Source: Candidatus Woesearchaeota archaeon
GTDB taxonomy: Archaea > Nanobdellota > Nanobdellia > Woesearchaeales > UBA10216
NCBI GenBank assembly: GCA_016192915.1
Contig: JACPTF010000002.1
Coordinates: forward strand, 67,530-131,529
Length of the DNA stretch: 64,000 nucleotides
Reading direction: 5' to 3'
The position numbers were made by a program, and so were the translations under genes. The notes under the pieces are model-generated. The model was not told where the DNA came from, searched no databases, and worked only from the letters and a program-made list of their open reading frames with translations. Every line of letters begins with the position of its first letter. Positions within the stretch are counted from its first letter, which is position 1. Shown here one piece after another: positions 38,453 to 48,349 of this stretch.

Positions 38453-41164
38453 ATGGAAGACGAAGCCAGAATAGACTACAACAAGATAGCCCAAAAGTGG
38501 CAGAAGAAATGGGCAGATTCTGGAATATTCAAGGTAAAGGAAGACGCTAAGAAGAAGAAATTTTTTCTGTTGGAGATGTTTCCGTACCCGTCGGGAAGCG
38601 GGCTTCACATGGGCCACGTTCGAAACTACGCTATTGGCGACTGCTACGCCAGATACAAAAGAATGAGGGGATTTAACGTTCTTTACCCTATGGGTTATGA
38701 TGCTTTCGGGCTGCCGGCAGAAAATGCGGCCATAAAAAACAAGGTTAACCCGAAAAAGTGGACAGAAGAAAACATGGCCCTTATGAAGTCGCAGCAGAAG
38801 CTGCTCGGGCTAAGCTACGACTGGGACAGGGAACTTGCAACCTGCTATCCAGAATATTACAAATGGAACCAGTGGATATTCCTCAAGATGCTGGAGAAAG
38901 GGCTTGCCTACAAGAAAAAGGCTGCTGCAAACTGGTGTCCGAGCTGCAAAACAGTACTTGCCAATGAACAAGTGCACGAGGGAACATGCTGGAGATGCCA
39001 CAGCCCTGTTGAGCAGAAAGAACTTGAGCAGTGGTTCCTAAAAATAACAGCATACGCAGACCAGCTCCTTAACGACCTTGACAAGCTTGGAAACTGGCCT
39101 GAACGGGTAAAGGTAATGCAGAAGAACTGGATTGGAAAGAGCGAGGGCGTGGAGATATTCTTTCCTGTTGACGGGATGAAAAAGGCAATGCCTACTTTTA
39201 CAACAAGGCCTGACACAATATTCTCTGTAACTTTTGTTGTTTTGGCACCAGAACATTCGCTTGTCAGCGAACTCACAAAGGGCACGAAACATGAAAAAGA
39301 GGTTGCAGAATTCGTGAAAAGCGCTATAAGGGAAAGCACAATTGACAGATTGAATGAAGAGAAGGAAAAGAAAGGTGTGTTCACAGGGCGTTACGCCATT
39401 AACCCTGCCTCAAAGGAAAAAATACCAATTTGGGTTGCAAACTTTGCGGTAATGGAATACGGTACAGGAGCAGTAATGTGTGATGCCCACGACAAAAGGG
39501 ACTTTAAATTTGCAAAGAAGTATGGAATACCACTCAAAATTGTAATAAGGCCTGCTGACAAGCCTGATTTTAGCGTCGAACAGCTTTCAGAGGCTTATAC
39601 CGAAGCTGGCATAATGATTAATTCTGACCAGTTTAACGGTCAGACAAATGCTGAAGCGTTACCGAAGATTGCAGAGTGGCTTGTGAAAAATAAGAATGCT
39701 AAGAAGGTTACAAACTACAAGCTCCGCGACTGGCTCATATCAAGGCAAAGGTATTGGGGCACGCCAATCCCTATCATATACTGCAAAAAATGCGGAATAG
39801 TGCCTGTGCCTGAAAAAGAGCTGCCGGTTATGCTTCCGGAGCCTGAAAAGGCAAAGTTTACTGGCGAAGGCAATCCTCTCAACAGCTGCGGCGAGTTTGT
39901 TAACGTAAAGTGCCCAAAGTGCAAGGCTAACGCAAGGAGAGAAACGGACACGATGGACACTTTTGTAGACAGCTCGTGGTATTTCCTCCGTTATTGCAGC
40001 AACAAAGAACAGAAAATGCCGTTTGACAAAAAGGCAGCAGAATATTGGATGCCTGTAGACCAGTACATTGGCGGGATAGAGCACGCTGTGATGCATCTTC
40101 TTTACGCGAGGTTTTTCACGAAGGTGCTAAGGGACTTTAAGCTGGTTGATGTAGCTGAGCCTTTCAGCAACCTGCTATGCCAGGGAATGGTTCTAAAAGA
40201 TGGGGCGGTCATGAGCAAGAGCCGCGGCAATGTTGTTGACCCGAGGGAAATAATTTCCAAATACGGGCCTGACACGGCAAGGATGTTCATACTGTTCATG
40301 GCCATGCCTGAAAAAGAGCTCGAGTGGTCGGACAAGGGTGTGGAGGGGAGTTTTAGACTGCTAAGGAAGATTTATTCCCTGGCAACGAAGAAGTTGAGTT
40401 ACGGCAGCGGGAAAGAGCTGACATCCAAAGATAAGCAAGTTCTGAGCAAGACACACTCGACGATAAAGAAAACAACAGAGCTTGTTGAGGAATTCCGGCT
40501 GAATGCCGCAATAGGGGCTGTTATAGAGATGGTAAACGTGCTTTCAAAATACGGCGATGGGCAGGTTAATAAGCAAGTTTACAGTGAAGCCCTTAAAAAT
40601 CTTACACTGCTCATTTCGCCGTTTGCACCGCACATTGCTGAGGAGCTGTGGGAGATTCAAGGCCGCAAAGGATTCATATCATTGCAGAGCTGGCCAGAAT
40701 ACGAAGAAGAGAAAATAGACAAAGAAGCGGAAGCAATGGAACAGCTTTTTCACACAACGCTTTCGGATTTTGAGACTGTGTTGCAGCTGGCGAGGATAGA
40801 AAAACCAAAAGAAGTTGTGCTCGTTGTCGCGCCAAGCTGGAAATACGAGCTGGTGAGGATTTTGAAAGAGGAGCTGACAAAGACAAGAGACCAAAGGGCG
40901 CTCATAAGCGCATGCCTTGCGGAAAAGGACCTGAAGCCACACGGAGAGGAAGTAGCCAAGATAGTGCAGGCAGTGCTGAAGGACCCGGCGAAGCTGCCAG
41001 AAACAGTAATTGACAGGGAAAAGGAGCTTGAGACTTACAATTCAGCAAAGGATGAGATTGAAAAGGATTACAAGGCCAAGGTAGTTATTTCCGATGCGGA
41101 CACGTCAAAAGAGCAGAAGGCAAGGCAGGCAATGCCCGGGAAGCCTGCAATAATAGTCAAATAA
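38453..41164 (+). CDS. leuS: Leucine-tRNA ligase
   Basis: MFPYPSGSGLHMGH, WLISRQRYWGTPIP, YIGGIEHA, VMSKS. Confidence 0.97.
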   Translation: MEDEARIDYNKIAQKWQKKWADSGIFKVKEDAKKKKFFLLEMFPYPSGSGLHMGHVRNYAIGDCYARYKRMRGFNVLYPMGYDAFGLPAENAAIKNKVNPKKWTEENMALMKSQQKLLGLSYDWDRELATCYPEYYKWNQWIFLKMLEKGLAYKKKAAANWCPSCKTVLANEQVHEGTCWRCHSPVEQKELEQWFLKITAYADQLLNDLDKLGNWPERVKVMQKNWIGKSEGVEIFFPVDGMKKAMPTFTTRPDTIFSVTFVVLAPEHSLVSELTKGTKHEKEVAEFVKSAIRESTIDRLNEEKEKKGVFTGRYAINPASKEKIPIWVANFAVMEYGTGAVMCDAHDKRDFKFAKKYGIPLKIVIRPADKPDFSVEQLSEAYTEAGIMINSDQFNGQTNAEALPKIAEWLVKNKNAKKVTNYKLRDWLISRQRYWGTPIPIIYCKKCGIVPVPEKELPVMLPEPEKAKFTGEGNPLNSCGEFVNVKCPKCKANARRETDTMDTFVDSSWYFLRYCSNKEQKMPFDKKAAEYWMPVDQYIGGIEHAVMHLLYARFFTKVLRDFKLVDVAEPFSNLLCQGMVLKDGAVMSKSRGNVVDPREIISKYGPDTARMFILFMAMPEKELEWSDKGVEGSFRLLRKIYSLATKKLSYGSGKELTSKDKQVLSKTHSTIKKTTELVEEFRLNAAIGAVIEMVNVLSKYGDGQVNKQVYSEALKNLTLLISPFAPHIAEELWEIQGRKGFISLQSWPEYEEEKIDKEAEAMEQLFHTTLSDFETVLQLARIEKPKEVVLVVAPSWKYELVRILKEELTKTRDQRALISACLAEKDLKPHGEEVAKIVQAVLKDPAKLPETVIDREKELETYNSAKDEIEKDYKAKVVISDADTSKEQKARQAMPGKPAIIVK

Positions 41165-41166
41165 AA

Positions 41167-41958
41167 ATGAAAAAAGTAAAAAAGGCGCTTGTTGTATATT
41201 ATGCCAGAAACTACGGCACCCTCAACGTGGTAAAAAAGGCGCTGCAGAAAAACAAAATAGCCGCTTCCTACATTAAAAGGGAAAGTGAATCAGCAATAAA
41301 AAAAGCCGCCCTTAAAGCTGATTGTGCTGTTGTTGTTGGCGGCGATGGAACGCTGCTCAGGGCATCACACTTAATAGAAAGCACCCCTGTCCTTCACGTA
41401 AGCTCCAATTTGAGCATAAACGAAGCATTCTTTGCAAGGGCAACAACAAAAGACATAAGCAGGAAAATAAAACTCCTTACCAAAGGAAAATATAAGCTGC
41501 TGCCGCTGCTGAGGCTTGAAGCTGAAATTAACGGAAAAAAGCTCCCATTCAAGGCCCTTAACGAAGTCTATGCGGGCAGTAAGGAGCCGTATCACACCGC
41601 CCGATATAAACTAATAATCGGCAACAAGACAGAGGAGCAGAAAAGCTCCGGAATCCTGATTTCAACTCCTGCTGGGAGTTATGCGTGGGCAAGAAGCGCA
41701 GGGGGAAGAACCTTGTCGTTGACGGCAAAAAAGATGCAGTTTGTAGTAAGAGAGCCTTATGTTGGAAGGCTCACAAAACCGAAGATGACAAAGGGCGTTC
41801 TGAGCAGCAGCCAGAGCATAACGGTAATTTCAAACATCTGGGAAAGGCACAAAGGGATAGTTGTTGTTGATTCTTACAAAAAGAATTTTGGGTTTAACAA
41901 CGGGGACAAGCTTCTTGTAAAAGCCGCGAAGCAGCCTCTGAATCTGATGGGCTTTTAA
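41167..41958 (+). CDS. nadK: NAD kinase
   Basis: VGGDGTLL, ALNE, ISTPAGSYAW..SAGG. Confidence 0.88.
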   Translation: MKKVKKALVVYYARNYGTLNVVKKALQKNKIAASYIKRESESAIKKAALKADCAVVVGGDGTLLRASHLIESTPVLHVSSNLSINEAFFARATTKDISRKIKLLTKGKYKLLPLLRLEAEINGKKLPFKALNEVYAGSKEPYHTARYKLIIGNKTEEQKSSGILISTPAGSYAWARSAGGRTLSLTAKKMQFVVREPYVGRLTKPKMTKGVLSSSQSITVISNIWERHKGIVVVDSYKKNFGFNNGDKLLVKAAKQPLNLMGF

Positions 41959-41969
41959 TATCTGTGGCA

Positions 41970-42821
41970 CTATTTACTAAAACGCAGCTGCAGCATCCTC
42001 TTTCCATAAAGCCATGCATAGCCAAAAAGGAACCCAAGCCTCTCGGCAGACTTTGACTTGCCCTCCTCCCGAAAGTTGTAAACAAAAGGAACTTCAGAGA
42101 TGCTAAATCCCGCATTCATGGCCCTGTAAAGAAGCTCGAGGTCAAACTCCCCCCACTTCGAAGGATACCTGAAGTCGAGCGCAAGCAGCTTCGCCCGCCT
42201 TATTGCATGAAAGCCGCCAGTCCAATCCGTAATTCCGTGACCCATCACAAAACGAATCACGCTGTTAAAAAGAACAGTAGCAGCCTTTCTTAAAAAAGGA
42301 GCTTCAATGCCTCCTCCAGCCATAAACCTTGAGGCTGAAACCATGTCAAGATTCTTATCAACAAGATTTTTTATAAGCTCAGGAACCTTGGAAGGAGGAT
42401 GGGATGCGTCAGCATCCATAATTACAACAAGATCGCCCCGTGCGACTTTAACGCCGTCCATAATGGCCGAAAATATGCCCCTTATGTTGTAACGGTGAAC
42501 CGCAGCAACCCTGCCAGACGCGGCGCTCTTATCAATAATTGAAGGTGTTTCGTCCCTTGAGTCGTCATCTACGACAATAATCTCAAAATAATTAATGCCT
42601 GCCGATTCAAGGCTTAAAGACAATGCTCCAATCAGCCTTCCAACATTACCCTCCTCATTATATGTGGGCACAACCACAGAAACAAAATGTTTATTGGCGA
42701 CAGCAGCCACTCTAGAGATGCCTTGCCGCAGCTCAGCTACTGAACCGGCTTCAATATTAACCTTGCCAGACTTGTAAGCGTATCTGGCCGCATTGGTGTC
42801 CTTGCCCGTTGCATTACTCAT
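41970..42821 (-). CDS. GT2 glycosyltransferase (polyprenol-phosphate mannose synthase-like)
   Basis: SVVVPTYNE, VVDDDSRD, MDADASHPP, EVPFVYNFREEGKSK. Confidence 0.9.
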   Translation of the reverse strand: MSNATGKDTNAARYAYKSGKVNIEAGSVAELRQGISRVAAVANKHFVSVVVPTYNEEGNVGRLIGALSLSLESAGINYFEIIVVDDDSRDETPSIIDKSAASGRVAAVHRYNIRGIFSAIMDGVKVARGDLVVIMDADASHPPSKVPELIKNLVDKNLDMVSASRFMAGGGIEAPFLRKAATVLFNSVIRFVMGHGITDWTGGFHAIRRAKLLALDFRYPSKWGEFDLELLYRAMNAGFSISEVPFVYNFREEGKSKSAERLGFLFGYAWLYGKRMLQLRFSK

Positions 42822-42871
42822 AATTTCTGGGATAATCCTAAAGTATAAAAATCTACCCACAGAAAAAACTA

Positions 42872-43003
42872 ACAGTAATTTCAAACATCTGGGAAAGCCA
42901 CAAAGGCGTTGTCGTCATCTACTCCTACAAGAAAGAGTTCAGGTTCAACAATGGGGACAGGCTTATTGTCAGGGCTTCAAAGCAGTCGCTTAACCTTATG
43001 TGC
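42872..43003 (+). pseudogene. Orphaned diverged copy of the nadK 3' end
   Basis: Translates TVISNIWESHKGVVVIYSYKKEFRFNNGDRLIVRASKQSLNLM versus NadK TVISNIWERHKGIVVVDSYKKNFGFNNGDKLLVKAAKQPLNLM. Confidence 0.9.
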
Positions 43004-43841
43004 CTGCGAGGCCGGCGTTATTATTTTCGTACTCTTGGAGTCTTCCCAATATCCCATCAAGTATTCTTTGGCGCGCTTCAGGCGGTCGCGGTGCACTCCT
43101 AATTCGCGCCTGCAGGTAAGCAAATCTCTCTAACAAACTGAGTGTTGTTTCCCGCCCACCTACAAAAAGCCAAGGATATCTTCGAGGAAAATTTTGCTTA
43201 ATGGATTCAGGCCTCATGCCAAGAATTCCGGCAATAACTTCTATATCCTTGACAACAACCTGGGGGTTTTGCAAGACGCTCACGTATTCAATTTTCGGGA
43301 CGGCAGTCTTGAGTTTAATTCTCGGGCCTGCTCCCGGGGCTTTTAAAACCTTAAAATTCTGCCTCGAATACTGAAACTCCAATGCCAGGGCTGTTTTGCC
43401 CTCTTGAGGTATGATTATTGAACCTAGAAGCGGCGGCGCATGTTCTGTTTCGGGCGTATAGCCAACAATCATAACTTCTGGCAATGAATCAAAGCCGAAC
43501 CTGAAATCTTTAACAGGAAGCTGCATTAAAACGTGCTTTTGCTCTTGCAGTGTGTTGTACAAAGCCACAGCAATGTCCTCTGTGAGCCTTTGAAATTCAA
43601 GGAACTTTTGTGAAAGCGTTGAGCCATCAGGCTGCCCACGCATGCGCAACGAATAAAGGCAGCGCCCGTATGGCATCTTAATCAGACGTGCTTCAGAATA
43701 AGCCATAAAAGGATTTTTAGGGTCAAAAGGCGCGCCAGAAGCCGAAACGTACCCCACACTATGAGAGGTAGTCGCAATTCTTTGAATTTCGGAGAGCTGC
43801 CCTTCAACTAAGTTTTCAAGCCGGACTGATAAGGGATTCAT
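42996..43841 (-). CDS. Hypothetical protein
   Basis: 281-aa ORF with ATG and TTTTTAAG box upstream; no family recognised. Confidence 0.6.
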   Translation of the reverse strand: MNPLSVRLENLVEGQLSEIQRIATTSHSVGYVSASGAPFDPKNPFMAYSEARLIKMPYGRCLYSLRMRGQPDGSTLSQKFLEFQRLTEDIAVALYNTLQEQKHVLMQLPVKDFRFGFDSLPEVMIVGYTPETEHAPPLLGSIIIPQEGKTALALEFQYSRQNFKVLKAPGAGPRIKLKTAVPKIEYVSVLQNPQVVVKDIEVIAGILGMRPESIKQNFPRRYPWLFVGGRETTLSLLERFAYLQARIRSAPRPPEARQRILDGILGRLQEYENNNAGLAGT

Positions 43842-43883
43842 TTACAGGACAATGGGTTGAGCAAATGCTTAAAAATGTTGTTT

Positions 43884-43892
43884 AAAAAAAAA
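43884..43892 (-). terminator. Oligo-T terminator of SRP RNA
   Basis: A9 on plus strand immediately after the 3' end of helix 1. Confidence 0.6.
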
Positions 43893-44168
43893 GCGGGAGA
43901 CGCGCCTGAAAGTTGGTAAGGCTTGAACCTTTCGGTTTGCTCCGCCATCGCTCCTCTCCGCTACCCTCCAAGCGCAAACACTTACGATTCGTGCTGCTTC
44001 CTTCCGGACCTGACACTTTGACCATAAATGCTAACCCTGCAGGACAGAGACTCAACGCTTTAGCAAAGGCCTACAGGCCAATACCAGACCGCCCCTCAAG
44101 CTTCGGTCCACCCATGAAGCCCGTATGGTGCAACAGCGCAGGGCTGGCGCGCCAACCTAGTCTCCCGG
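43893..44168 (-). ncRNA. ffs: Signal recognition particle (7S) RNA
   Basis: Minus strand has helix-8 motif GTCAGGTCCGGAAGGAAGCAGCAC (43991-44014); ends CGGGAGAC/GTCTCCCG pair; TTTAAA ~25 nt upstream; T9 tract downstream. Confidence 0.9.
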
Positions 44169-44201
44169 CGAAGGGTAATGAAGAAGTGGTTTTAAAGGTT
44201 T

Positions 44202-45134
44202 CTAAAATAGCAAAAGACTGCCATACCCAACAAAACACCCCGCAGCAATAAACGGCATGGCCGGGTAGAACTTGCCTCTCTTGCCTATCATCAGGAGCAC
44301 GGCTAAAGCTCCTGTGGCTGCAACTGGGATTATTAGCGCCTTGTACAACCCGAAGGTGGCCAAGGCAGTGCCTGCAAACAAGAGAGGGAAGCCAATATCT
44401 CCCCCACCAACAACAGCATAACTGCCAGAATCAGAATATTTATCGGCTTTAAGCTTCGGTTGTGAGGGCTTTGTGGAAGTAGATGATGATGTGATTGGTG
44501 AAACTGCAGACTTGGCAGAAAGCTTCTTTGGAACGAACAGGCCGGCAAAGATTCTGTTTTCTGTCTGGAACTTTGCCAGGGTTATCATGTGCTTGCTGTG
44601 GAAAACCGCGAAGATGTCGTAAGCGGCTATTATGAGCAACAGGATGGCAGCGGATTTGACGTTCATTACTGGAACAAAGATTGCTGCCATGCCGCCATAA
44701 ATGAAAAGCTCGCTAAGGTTATGGGCAAGGACATTTGGCCTAAAGACCTTGAAATAAGCCAGGGCTAAGGACAACACTGCTGCTGCCAAACTTGGAATAA
44801 AAGCCGAAAACGCGGCTGCAAGGGTTATCACAACAGCAAGGAAGAACCAAACCTTCCAAAGGGAGAGCTTTCGTAGCTTGATTATCAGCAGAAGCAGCAC
44901 GGTACCAATGGCGATAGCAGCCCCAAAAAAGAGGAAGGAGATGTCTGGGGCAATGCTGGGCCTCTCAACGCCATAAGGCAGCTGCCCGTAAACCACGACA
45001 GGCTTTCCGGCTTCCTTTGATGCCTGCTCAGAGGCGGCATCGTCAATATATGAGTGAACAACAAAAAGCCCGATAAACTGTGCAGCGAGGAAAATTGACA
45101 GAAGAACAGCCGAAACCTGCCATGAATGTTTCAT
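44202..45134 (-). CDS. Presenilin/signal peptide peptidase-like intramembrane aspartyl protease
   Basis: YD, GGGD and PAMP motifs in a multi-TM protein. Confidence 0.9.
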   Translation of the reverse strand: MKHSWQVSAVLLSIFLAAQFIGLFVVHSYIDDAASEQASKEAGKPVVVYGQLPYGVERPSIAPDISFLFFGAAIAIGTVLLLLIIKLRKLSLWKVWFFLAVVITLAAAFSAFIPSLAAAVLSLALAYFKVFRPNVLAHNLSELFIYGGMAAIFVPVMNVKSAAILLLIIAAYDIFAVFHSKHMITLAKFQTENRIFAGLFVPKKLSAKSAVSPITSSSTSTKPSQPKLKADKYSDSGSYAVVGGGDIGFPLLFAGTALATFGLYKALIIPVAATGALAVLLMIGKRGKFYPAMPFIAAGCFVGYGSLLLF

Positions 45135-45185
45135 GCTTTCACTGCGGCAAAGATTTATATAAAAAATATTCTACACAAAGAAAAA

Positions 45186-45641
45186 GTGGGAATTGCGCAT
45201 ACTGTTGCGATAAGGGTATTCTGCGGGCAGGAAGAAAACGAAAACGAGATAGTGAATGGGTTAAAATCTCTGCTCCCTTTTGACCTGGAGAAGGAGAAGA
45301 TATTGATACGGAGGCAGAACGCACTCGGGTTCAATGACAGAAAGATTGTAATATTTGAGGCTGTGCTGAACAAAAACAGGCACGTAAAGGCGTTTCTTGA
45401 AAACATTCTGGAGAAAGTTTCTGGACCTGACAAGCAGATGCTGCTGCGGCAGCTTGACTCACGAGTGGATGATGATGCAAACTTCTTCGTGAGGTTTGAA
45501 AAGGAGACGCTGGCAAAGCACAACGAACTTCTGGTAACCGATAACGGCAACTGCTACCATGTCAAAATAAAGATGGCTGCTTATCCAAGCAGCAAGCAGG
45601 CAGCCATAGCCGTAATGAAAGAAGTGCTGGAAAAGGCATAA
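45186..45641 (+). CDS. DUF54-like archaeal RNA-binding protein
   Basis: Size and pattern (RVFC..E, FFVRFEKE, VKIKMAAYP); start uncertain. Confidence 0.65.
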   Translation: MGIAHTVAIRVFCGQEENENEIVNGLKSLLPFDLEKEKILIRRQNALGFNDRKIVIFEAVLNKNRHVKAFLENILEKVSGPDKQMLLRQLDSRVDDDANFFVRFEKETLAKHNELLVTDNGNCYHVKIKMAAYPSSKQAAIAVMKEVLEKA

Positions 45642-45693
45642 AACCACAAACAATATATTCAGGCGCAAAACTTGCTCTTGTAAGGGTGTTTCT

Positions 45694-46518
45694 ATGGCAG
45701 ATGCTACGACTGTTGCAAAGCTAAAAGAAAAGGCAAAGCAGCTGCGAATTGAGTCAGTTAAGCTCGTTTACCAAGCTGGTTCAGGCCATCCCGGAGGCTC
45801 ACTTTCGGCAGCAGACATAATGGCCGCGCTGTTCTACCACCACATGAAGTACGACCCTAAAAGGCCCGACTGGCCTAGCAGGGACAGGTTCATACTGAGC
45901 AAAGGGCACTGCACACCACTTCTTTACTCTGTTTTTGCTGATGTCGGATACTTCCCCAAAGAAGAACTTGCAACATACAGGAGGCTCGGAAGGCTTACTG
46001 GACACCCAAACCCGAAGTTGCCTGGGGTTGAGATAGCAACAGGCTCGCTTGGGCAGGGGCTCTCTGTCGGGCACGGCATGGCCCTCGCCGGAAAGCTTGA
46101 CAAAAAAGACTTCTACGTTTACGTGCTGCTCGGCGATGGCGAACTGAACGAGGGGCAGGTCTGGGAGGCGGCAATGAGCGCTGCGCAATACAAATCTGAC
46201 CATTTGATTGCGCTAGTTGACAACAATAAAGTTGCGCAGGATAATTTAACTGCAAACCTGAAGAATATTGAGCCTGTTGACAAAAAGTTCGAGGCATTCG
46301 GCTGGCAGACATTCAGGATAAACGGTCATGACATTGCAGCAATAATTGACGCGTTGGCGGCAGCAAAGAAAATACGAGGTAAGCCTGTCATAATAGTTGC
46401 CGACACGATAAAAGGAAAAGGCGTTTCTTACATGGAAGGCAAGCCGGACTGGCACGGCAAGGCGCCAAACGAGGAATTGTTCAGGAAGGCAATGGAAGAA
46501 CTGGAAAAAGGTGGCTAA
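45694..46518 (+). CDS. Transketolase N-terminal subunit
   Basis: SGHPGGSLS, RDRFILSKGH, TGSLGQG, GDGELNEG. Confidence 0.95.
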   Translation: MADATTVAKLKEKAKQLRIESVKLVYQAGSGHPGGSLSAADIMAALFYHHMKYDPKRPDWPSRDRFILSKGHCTPLLYSVFADVGYFPKEELATYRRLGRLTGHPNPKLPGVEIATGSLGQGLSVGHGMALAGKLDKKDFYVYVLLGDGELNEGQVWEAAMSAAQYKSDHLIALVDNNKVAQDNLTANLKNIEPVDKKFEAFGWQTFRINGHDIAAIIDALAAAKKIRGKPVIIVADTIKGKGVSYMEGKPDWHGKAPNEELFRKAMEELEKGG

Positions 46519-47476
46519 AATGGGAGGAAATGCAACGACACCTGCAATGGCCGCAACGAGGGACGGCTACGGAAACGCGCTGCTGAAAATCGGCAGCGAC
46601 ACAAACATAGTAGTTCTTGATGCCGGAGTGTCAGATTCCACCAGAACGAATAAGTTTGCCGAGAAGTGGCCTGAAAGGTTCTTCAACATGGGAATAAGCG
46701 AGGGGGACATGGTCTGCACGGCGGCAGGACTGGCGAAGTGCGGCAAAACCGCTTTTGCAACCAGCTTCATATGCTTCCTTCTCGGAAGGTCAATGGACCA
46801 GATACTCGTTTCAGTAGCTTACTCAGACAGCAACGTGAAAATAATCGGAACGCATGCCGGATTAGCTATTGGAGAGGATGGCCCTACTGCGCAGGCAATT
46901 GGTGATGTTTCTTACATGAGGGCGATGCCGAACTTTATCGTGATTTGCCCTGCTGATGTTGTAGAGGCGGAGAAGGCGACACTTGCTGTTGCAAAAAGGA
47001 AAGGGCCTGCATATCTGAGGCTGGGAAGGCCTGCTGTCAAAACTATTTACGACGACAGCTACAAGTTTGAAATTGGCAAAGCATCTGTTGTTGCTGAGGG
47101 AAACGACGCTGCAATAATCGCTTCTGGAATAATGGTGCAGGAGTCAATGGCTGCTGCCGAGATTTTGAGGAAAGAAGGCGTTAATGTGAGAGTAATAAAC
47201 ATGTCAACGATAAAGCCGCTTGACAGAAAGGCGGTTGCCGAGGCTGCCAAAACAGGCGCGATAGTTACTGCTGAGGACCATAACATCTACGGCGGGCTGG
47301 GAAGCGCTGTGGCTGAAGTCATTGCTGAAGAAGGCCTCAACGTGAAGTTTGGCATGATGGGTGTCAAGGACCGATTTGCCGAATCAGACACGCAGAAAGT
47401 GCTTTTCAAGAAGTACGGTCTGGATGCGGAAGCGATAGCAGCTGCCGTGAGAAAAGCAGTTGTAGCGAAGAAATGA
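46511..47476 (+). CDS. Transketolase C-terminal subunit
   Basis: RFFNMGISE, GEDGPT, TIKPLD, EDHNIYGGLGS. Confidence 0.95.
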   Translation: MAKMGGNATTPAMAATRDGYGNALLKIGSDTNIVVLDAGVSDSTRTNKFAEKWPERFFNMGISEGDMVCTAAGLAKCGKTAFATSFICFLLGRSMDQILVSVAYSDSNVKIIGTHAGLAIGEDGPTAQAIGDVSYMRAMPNFIVICPADVVEAEKATLAVAKRKGPAYLRLGRPAVKTIYDDSYKFEIGKASVVAEGNDAAIIASGIMVQESMAAAEILRKEGVNVRVINMSTIKPLDRKAVAEAAKTGAIVTAEDHNIYGGLGSAVAEVIAEEGLNVKFGMMGVKDRFAESDTQKVLFKKYGLDAEAIAAAVRKAVVAKK

Positions 47477-47605
47477 TTTCGCACTATACGATATAGGCAC
47501 AAATTTAATAAACCGCCTTATAAATCTGGTTCTTATGTTGAAACGAAGTGATTGCCTTTGGGGGTAGCCGCTTTTTCTTAGATGCATCACCAAACTTAAG
47601 CCGAA

Positions 47606-48349
47606 GTGATTTTCGGTGGCAATAACAACCTTCGCATCGGGGTCCTCGGAGGAATAGGGCCGGAATCAACAGCTGTTTTCTACAGCAAGCTGATAGAAAA
47701 GCTACAGGCAATCGGACTTATAAAAAGCAACACAGACTTCCCGCAGGTAATCATAAACAGCATACCAGCACCTGAACTTATAAGCGGCAACCACAGAGCC
47801 ATCAAGCACTATGAAAAGGGGCTAAAAGAGCTGGACTCTTTCGGAGTTGACTTTATTGTTATGGTGTGCAATACTGTGCATCTCTTCCTACCTAGGCTGC
47901 AGCGCGGCGTTAAAGCAAGGATACTGGACCTGAGGGAAGCGGTTTATAAAGAGCTGAAGAATAGAAAAATCTCACGCATAGCTGTGCTAGCCACAGAGAA
48001 CACCATCAGGCTGCGGCTCTATGAGTTCGGTGACTTAATGACAATTCGGCTGGAAACCGCAGACATAAAAGCCCTAAACAACGCAATAATAAATTTCAAC
48101 ATCGGAAAGGAAAAAAACAAACAGCGGCTTACATGCGAACGCATTGCGGAAAAGTGCTATGACGAAGGGGCGCAGCTTATTGTCCTTGGCTGCACTGAGC
48201 TGGCAGTCATGCTGGGAAAGTGCAGACTCCCTTCCCTCAACACCATCGATGTTCTTGTGCATGCTGTCATCAGTGAATACAGGAATCATATTAACAATTG
48301 TATGAACCAACAATATTTAAATAGCAACAGAACGGAGGCAAGGGTATGA
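47606..48349 (+). CDS. Aspartate/glutamate racemase family protein
   Basis: IGVLGGIGPEST, CNTVH, LGCTEL. Confidence 0.9.
   Translation: MIFGGNNNLRIGVLGGIGPESTAVFYSKLIEKLQAIGLIKSNTDFPQVIINSIPAPELISGNHRAIKHYEKGLKELDSFGVDFIVMVCNTVHLFLPRLQRGVKARILDLREAVYKELKNRKISRIAVLATENTIRLRLYEFGDLMTIRLETADIKALNNAIINFNIGKEKNKQRLTCERIAEKCYDEGAQLIVLGCTELAVMLGKCRLPSLNTIDVLVHAVISEYRNHINNCMNQQYLNSNRTEARV

Noticed and set aside
41821..43003. Diversity-generating retroelement TR/VR pair
   Set aside because: Differences are not confined to adenines and are mostly synonymous; no RT gene.
43913..44251. 112-aa plus-strand ORF
   Set aside because: Antisense to the SRP RNA; not protein-like.
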